Shown piece after piece: positions 57,692-64,000 of a DNA stretch of 64,000 nt. This DNA is from Salisapilia sapeloensis CBS 127946. Its lineage: Eukaryota; Protista; Oomycota. The notes beneath the pieces are model-generated. The model did no database searches, was not told the origin of the DNA, and saw only the letters and a program-made list of their open reading frames with translations. Where the stretch lies: the NCBI GenBank assembly GCA_023334545.1, contig JAADVB010000015.1, positions 62,001-126,000 of the forward strand, written 5' to 3'. A program made the translations under genes and the position numbers. The first letter of the stretch is position 1; each line of letters starts with the position of its first letter.

Positions 57692-59396
57692 TAGGTTCGT
57701 TTTGTTCCGTGGAGGGAGTATGGGCTTGTGTTCAAGCACAGAAAATATCGAATGAGGACAAACTGGCCGGCAGGTTTTGATCTTTTCTTGTTTGGAGAAA
57801 AGAGAGAGGAGAAAGGCTTTCAAACGGTTTACTCTCGGCTGAAAGGATTTTTCTTTCCGTGTTTTGAAATATATTTCTTTCCTTCTATAAATCTTGCGAT
57901 CTCTTCTGGAACGGAAGGAGGGTGGAAGGGTTGAATGGCTACCAACGCGCCGAGCTTTATACCTAGCGGACGCAGGCGAGCTGGTACAACGCCACGAGTA
58001 CGCGCGGCAGACGTGACGACGGCGTTTCTCCTTCTTTTTTGCAGTTATGCCCAATCTTGAAACGCCCTCCACCTGCGAGCTAGCTCCGTCTCGTCTTTGG
58101 CGACGAGCACTTATCCCACTGTCCTAGATGGCCCGGTAAGTACGAGGTATGTACCCTCCCGCTTTGCTTCTATGCAGTGTTGGATGCAGAACATCTGAAC
58201 ATCGAGATGGCCACGCTGTCGCACTTGCACCGCGTTGCCTCTACACTTGACCAGAGGCATTACTAGTGATGACGAAATGACAGAAATTTTCGATAGCAGC
58301 GTTGGCCGAATTGCGGCGCCATCAAGTATCCGATTGCCCGCGTTACTGCCAGCGCGTTCAGACGGGAAGAACTTTTAGACGTCGCCGGTGCACAAGCCCA
58401 AGGCTACTAGAAACCAGTCATCGACGTGCATTCTAGAGTTTACGAGAGACTCCTGCGAAAAATGCCGAGGGCAGCATAAAAGCCAGAAGCCCGTTACAAG
58501 ATCGAGTCGAGCCGTTTTGTTCACTGCAACAGCTCACATTTCCCCTCTTCAAAGATACTTTTTATTCTGTTAGCACATAAAAGCCTTTGTAGATCAGGGC
58601 AAATACAAAGATCATGAGAGGTCGCATATGAGGTGGCAAAGTAGACAAGCACACAGTGGATGGGAGCCGTTACGCTTTCCGTCGAAATCTTGCACCAAAG
58701 CCTCGACATGAAACCGGCATAGACTTCGACGGAGCTCCTGGAGAGACCACCGCGGTGGCTATCCACCCTTCCCGCGAGCTACAGCCCTCGACTAGGTGGA
58801 GAAGTTGCCGAGCAACATGGCATCCGGAAATGGGCATTTTAGAGCACGGAGTAAATGCTGCGCATACGCAAAGATCCGATGCTAAAACCACTGGCATTTC
58901 TATGCGTGAAACTCCGTTCGGTGCCATTCCGCACGAGTTCTCATCATTTTCGCATGCTAAATGGGAAGGATAGCAGCATCAGACAGGATCACTGTAGATG
59001 AGGCATCATCCGTATCTTGTAAGCAATACAGATCTACGCGACCCGTCGGCTCTCGGCCAAGTCAACATGGGTAAATTCACTGGATGCGCTCGTACACAGG
59101 GATTGCAATTAGCTAGCGTACAAGTTGCCACATGAAACGCGCGACTCCGGATCTCTTCCACGCGACATGATGCACTTGCACACGATAAGCGCAGTGACAG
59201 CACGTAATAATTTCCACGTAACTATCCTTTATAGAGCAGGCCTGTCCGGGTGTAATGAACAAAGAAAAATGGCGTTGTCCATTGTATCTCGCCTTTCCTA
59301 TCGTGTATCTCTATCCGGCGCTACGAGAGCATTGAGGGTACACCTCGACTTGACTTCTGTCAACCTTCTTGACGCATGACACTCTTCCATGGCTTT

Positions 59397-60945
59397 CTAC
59401 ATCGTAACTTCGTGACTGCGATCGGCGGATGAAAACTTGGTCGCACTGGCTACTACTCTCCCTACTTCATCTTGGGAGAAAGCTACTCGAGTCAGCAGTG
59501 GGTCTCGCCCAGAGTGGACTGGGAATGCTCGAGAAGACAAGAGCTCCAGTAATCTCTCTTTCGCCAACAAGGCCTCGATGAACTTTTGTCTATCTGGAAG
59601 CTCCATTCGTTTCGCCTCCCCGTCCTGCTTGTGGCGCGATGAACTGACGGTCGGCAGCTGAAGTAGAGCTTGTTGCTGAGCGACCTCCTTTCGCACATCT
59701 TGGACACATTCCTTGATGAGCTTTTCCAGTTCTGTTCGATTCTGAATTTCATTCTTGTACGCCACTCTTGCATGCTGCAGACTTCTTCTCTCGGTCTCCA
59801 ACAGTCGCTTCAAGCGATTGATGACATCCTTGTACCGACCATCTGACTCCTGGTTGATCGGTGCTGTCAGTGGCTTCACTCCAGCCGTCGTCGGTCGAAG
59901 AGAGGGCGCGGGTGACGAACGCACGTCCGGCAAGGAACTCACAGACGCTGACGTCGGCTTGGCGTACACCGAACGGTCCGTCCGACCGTCAGTCGGGTCG
60001 TTCTCCAACTGTTCCTGGAGAGCAGTCAGATCCGACCGAAGGCGTGCATTGTCTTTCTTGGCTGCCACGAGTTGGGTGACGAGGAACTCTCGGTCGTTTT
60101 CCTGGCAAGTGTACTGGGTCTTGAGTCGCTGGTTCTCCTTTGTGAGGCTTTGGTTGAGACGATCTAATCGATCGGCTAGTTCCTTGGTCCACTCCAATTC
60201 GGTTTCCAGTTGTTTGGTTTTTTCGATCCACGCACTCGCGCCATCGCCACCTTTGCTTTTTTCTGTCTCTAGCTCCTCCTGGACACTGTACAGTCGCGCA
60301 CGAAAAGCACGCAGGAGGTCTTTTTCTTGGTCTGCAAATACGTCGACCAGTTACTAGAGGGCAGGGTATCTATAGGGAGTCAAGCGCACCTTGAAGGATG
60401 ATACTAGTTCGGTCTTGAACCTGACCCACATTTTCCAGTATTCGATGATGCATCGTCCGTAGCTGATCCATCGTGCTGTCGATGGATGAGACCTGATAAC
60501 GAGATGGCTTGCCGTCACTGATCTGTCTTTGCAACTCATCGATTCGAATCCGATATTGGCGTTCTCTTCGAACATAACTTTCTTGCCTTCTATTCAATTC
60601 GCTCTTTAGGTTCTCTATCGTCTCCCTTGGGTTTTGTAGATCGCCAATGGAAGCCCTAGTGTCATCATCTGGAAGAGTATTCGTGATACCGTTCTGCTCA
60701 GAGACGGAGGAGAGACGGAGGATCTTGTTGCGAAATTTACCATTCGATTCGTCCGGTCCTGACTAGATCGTTCGAAGAAAGGAAGCATAAATACGTATGG
60801 GTTTGCCTGAACGCCGGAAGAATGGTAGAGGTACCTTACGCGTAGGAGGATTCTTCGGCGACGACGTGCTCATGACGTACGAATCCGTCCGCACGCGTTT
60901 TCCGGCAGTCCTTGAATTCACTTTGTCGTATAAATAGCTCTCCAT
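59397..60945 (-). CDS. Coiled-coil protein of unknown function; 3 exons
   Basis: Introns ~60765-60834 and 60332-60389 join MESYLYDK..NPPTRK / SGPDESNG..LNRRQESYVRRE..IILQ / DQEKDLLRAFRARLYSVQEELE..WIEKTKQLETELEWTKELADRLD in frame. Confidence 0.75.
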
Positions 60946-61180
60946 GCCCTACCGATCGACTAGCGCATCGTCCGTCACGTCGTATCTGGACTCGCATAGA
61001 GCAGATCTTGGACCGTATCAGCGGTTCTGTACCGATCTGTCAAAAGATCTTGGGCGACATGCCTGCGTCCGTCCAAGATCTCAAACTTCAAGCAACTCTG
61101 AAAAAAGCAAAACCTTCTACCAAAGACGCGGCGGATCCATTCGAGGGACTTGCGATAGCCACTGCCGACGACAGCGCTGT

Positions 61181-63505
61181 ATGATGCCGATGCAAGCCAA
61201 TGAAAAGACGGCTCTCTTGGACGACGCCAATGACCAAGATGACCAAAGCCCGGAGATGGACCCGGAGCACGGGCAGGCGACGCCACACTCGGCGTCTGCA
61301 ATAGCGTGGCGACTGACTCGTACGCTCCTCATCCTCGCCGGATGTGGACTCGCTATCGCCTTGATCGTCTTTCTTGTCCAGCTCGGAGCAAGTGACGTTG
61401 CACGGGACAGCGCGCCTTCCGCAACTGCCCTCGATGATGACGTGGTAGGCTTGCGCTCAGCTTTTTCCACCGACAAGCCTAATTAACATGATCACTTTCT
61501 AGTACGACGCAATTATCGTTGGCGGTGGACCTGCCGGCTCTGTCATTGCCAAATTGTTATCAGACGATCCGAGCCGACGAGTACTGCTCATCGAGGCTGG
61601 CAATGCATCTCAAGCGGATGTTGGCGGAGAGGTAGAGAAACTGCTTCTGCGAGTATAGATCCATACATTCGGCTGACGTATTTTTTCAGGCAAAAATCGA
61701 CGCAGAACACAGTGACATGACAGCCTTTGACGTTCCCTTTTACTGGACGAACGTCGCCAACACCCCGGATCTTCACTGGGACTACCCTGACGTCCATGTT
61801 GCCAAGGCCCTAGGCGGGTGCGGTATTCATAACGCTATGCTTTATGGTATATCCCGTTACCAGTCGTACGCTTGGTAAATCTGACCTTGCCTTCGTAGTT
61901 CGAGCGCTTCCATCGGACCTTGAAAAGTGGAATTTGCCCAGATGGACATGGGAAAAGGCCCTGGAGTTGTACTTGGCCATGGAGGAGTTCCAAGGTCCGC
62001 CATCGTCGTATCACGGATCGAACGGGGTGATCCGGACGATGCCTCCGCCACCACCGCAACCCTTCGAATTGGCTCAGCAGTTCGTGGATGTATGTGAGGA
62101 TGTCGGCATCCCTAGAACCTCCGACTTTAATTCTCCATACGGTCGCTTTGGCGCAGGATTCTACCATTTTAACATTCGAGATGGCGTTCGAGATAGTGCT
62201 GCTCGCACATTTCTTGGCCCCGTCTTGCGTCAAGGCCGAGAAAACTTTAAGCTGTTGCTCCATACCCAAGTGACCGTACATACTCTCTTCGTATAGCTAC
62301 TGATGCACCGATATCTAATACACTTTTATGTCTTAGAAAGTTCACCTGGATGAAGGAAGAAGTGCTACTGGAGTGGAAGTGGAGGACTTGGTGACCAAGG
62401 TCCGGCGCACTATTCGTTTGTCACAAAAGGGAGAAGTGATTTTGACAGCCGGAGCCATCAACACCCCAAAGATCCTTATGTTGTCAGGTATTGGTGACGC
62501 AGCCATCCTCTCTCCTCTCAACATCCCAGTGAAGAAGCATCTGCCTCGCGTTGGCAAGAATCTGCAGGACCACCCTTCTATCGGTGTAGCTTTTGAGGAC
62601 TTGTCGCCTACGAGCATGAACCTGGAGGCTGAGTTGAAAAAATTCTTTGGCGCGAGAAAGAATGCATCCAACGCCTCTAGCTTTGGTATTCTGGGGACGA
62701 CTGGCATCTCTGCTGGGGCTTTCCTCATTCCTCCCGGCTCCACCGTCCCAGAAGTACAGCTGACTCTCTTTCCGAGTCAGTCGGAGCCTCACATCACAAA
62801 GAGTGACTCGTTGGATCACAACGACGGCGTCTTGTTCACTGTCACCATTCTCCATCCAGAGGCTAGAAACACTCTGTTTTTGGCCGCAAAAGATGGCAAC
62901 GTGCCTGCAAACGAGTCCATCGACGCGAACAATGCAATTCCAGACATTGTAGGAGAAGTCCCCATGTATAAGTCAGAAGAGTACCTGTCCGGCACTGATG
63001 TCTGGAAGCTGTCATGGGGCGTATCTATCGTGCGGGAGATTGCTGCTAAGCTCCGTACGTTTCATGTAGCTACTTGAGAAACGAGCAGATCTGACGGATG
63101 TGCATAGAGGAGAAGCATTTTATTGGAAAGGAGCTTTCTCCAGGAGCAGAGTACGCGACAGAGCAAGGTAAGATATCAAGTACAATGAACTCGAGTCTCT
63201 GGAACTAACTCTGTCGAACAGACTTGAACAAGTGGGTGTACGAGGCCACGTTCCGGAACTCCCACTGGGTCGGCAGTGCATCCATGGCGGCGTCGGAGGA
63301 AGAGGGGGTGGTCGACAATCACCTGCGTGTCTTTGGCGTGCACAAGTTGCGTGTGGCAGACGCTTCTGTCATCCCACTGATACCGAACGGGAACGTCCAC
63401 TCGTCCGTGCTCATGGTCGCTGCCCACGCGGCAGAGCTTATCGTGGAGGATGAGACGGGTCAAGCTCCGGACGCTCAGCAGGCAAACAACGACGCCAGAG
63501 TCTAG
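61181..63505 (+). CDS. GMC (glucose-methanol-choline) FAD oxidoreductase with N-terminal type II membrane anchor; multi-exon
   Basis: [129 protein letters not shown]. Confidence 0.9.
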
Positions 63506-63798
63506 TGCGAGGTAATCAGAAGTAATCCAGAGCTAAATTGAAGATTGGTTGAAGCTTGATACGGAGTTTGAAGTCATAGTGAAGTGCCGACCAGAACGCT
63601 GGAAGGTTGAAACGGAGGAAGGCAGTACACGAGTAAAAATAAGTGCTCGCTTTCCTCGTTAAAGCGTATCAGCTCCTTCATTTGCACTGCTCTAATCTTA
63701 CCACTCGTGCGCATAACAAGATGAGAATGTACGGAAAGACGCCAACAAGGAGGGCGGAGGTCTCTGTCAGTGACGATCAGTTGCTTCAATACGAGCGT

Positions 63799-64000
63799 AT
63801 GCTTCGAGAGTCTAAAGCTTTCTTCAAAGCACGTGACTTAGCCTCTGATGAGGACGTGCCTCTCTATTTCGCCTGGCAGCGGCTTTACATTAGTGCTCAA
63901 GCACGAGCCAATGGTGACTGGACTGAGGAAACGCCGACAGAGTTCGGAGTGCGTAAGAGTGCTCGGCTACCTCCACGGTCTGGGAATCTACCTGCGCATT
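63799..64000 (+). CDS. Possible 5' part of a gene running off the right edge
   Basis: Open frame from an ATG (MLRESKAFFKARDLASDEDVPLYFAW..) with no stop before the window end. Confidence 0.3.
   Translation, partial: MLRESKAFFKARDLASDEDVPLYFAWQRLYISAQARANGDWTEETPTEFGVRKSARLPPRSGNLPAH

Noticed and set aside
57692-58072. 127-codon N-terminal extension of the RWP-RK ORF
   Set aside because: Begins in the promoter region upstream of an INR-like motif and is Lys/Arg/Phe-rich from A/T tracts; likely 5' UTR/promoter.
1-64000. rRNA, tRNA, CRISPR arrays, transposases/RT, RxLR or Crinkler effectors
   Set aside because: None recognised by eye: no B-box/cloverleaf, no repeat-spacer array, no DDE/RT motifs, and no signal peptide followed by RxLR-dEER or LFLAK.

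Overview
Gene-dense eukaryotic genomic DNA, most likely from a flagellated oomycete-type stramenopile. This rests on ~50% GC, short (mostly 50-70 bp) GT-AG introns, INR-FPR-like promoter motifs, TKL receptor-like kinases, an RWP-RK factor and CFAP57. I can support about 33 protein-coding genes, many in head-to-head or tail-to-tail pairs with very short spacers. I found no rRNA, tRNA, CRISPR array or transposon. Most genes are housekeeping (MCCC2, MPC1, HADH, thiolase, prolidase, P5A ATPase, MED13, GPR89, NECAP, WDR53, RNF141, CCDC77, alpha-tubulin). Manual splicing reveals several unusual architectures that the ORF track hides: (1) an ATG1/ULK kinase whose C-terminus is two tandem ATG11/FIP200 'Claw'-like domains, with a LIR/FIR-like motif in the linker; (2) a DIX domain fused to an auxilin-type J-domain; (3) a six-Cys elicitin-like ectodomain spliced in frame onto a TKL receptor kinase; (4) a fungal-type iso-orotate (uracil-5-carboxylate) decarboxylase; (5) a 50-aa His/Lys-rich micropeptide with its own promoter motif; (6) a TM + MORN-like + DUF900-like hydrolase fusion. 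All family assignments come from recalled motifs, not database searches.
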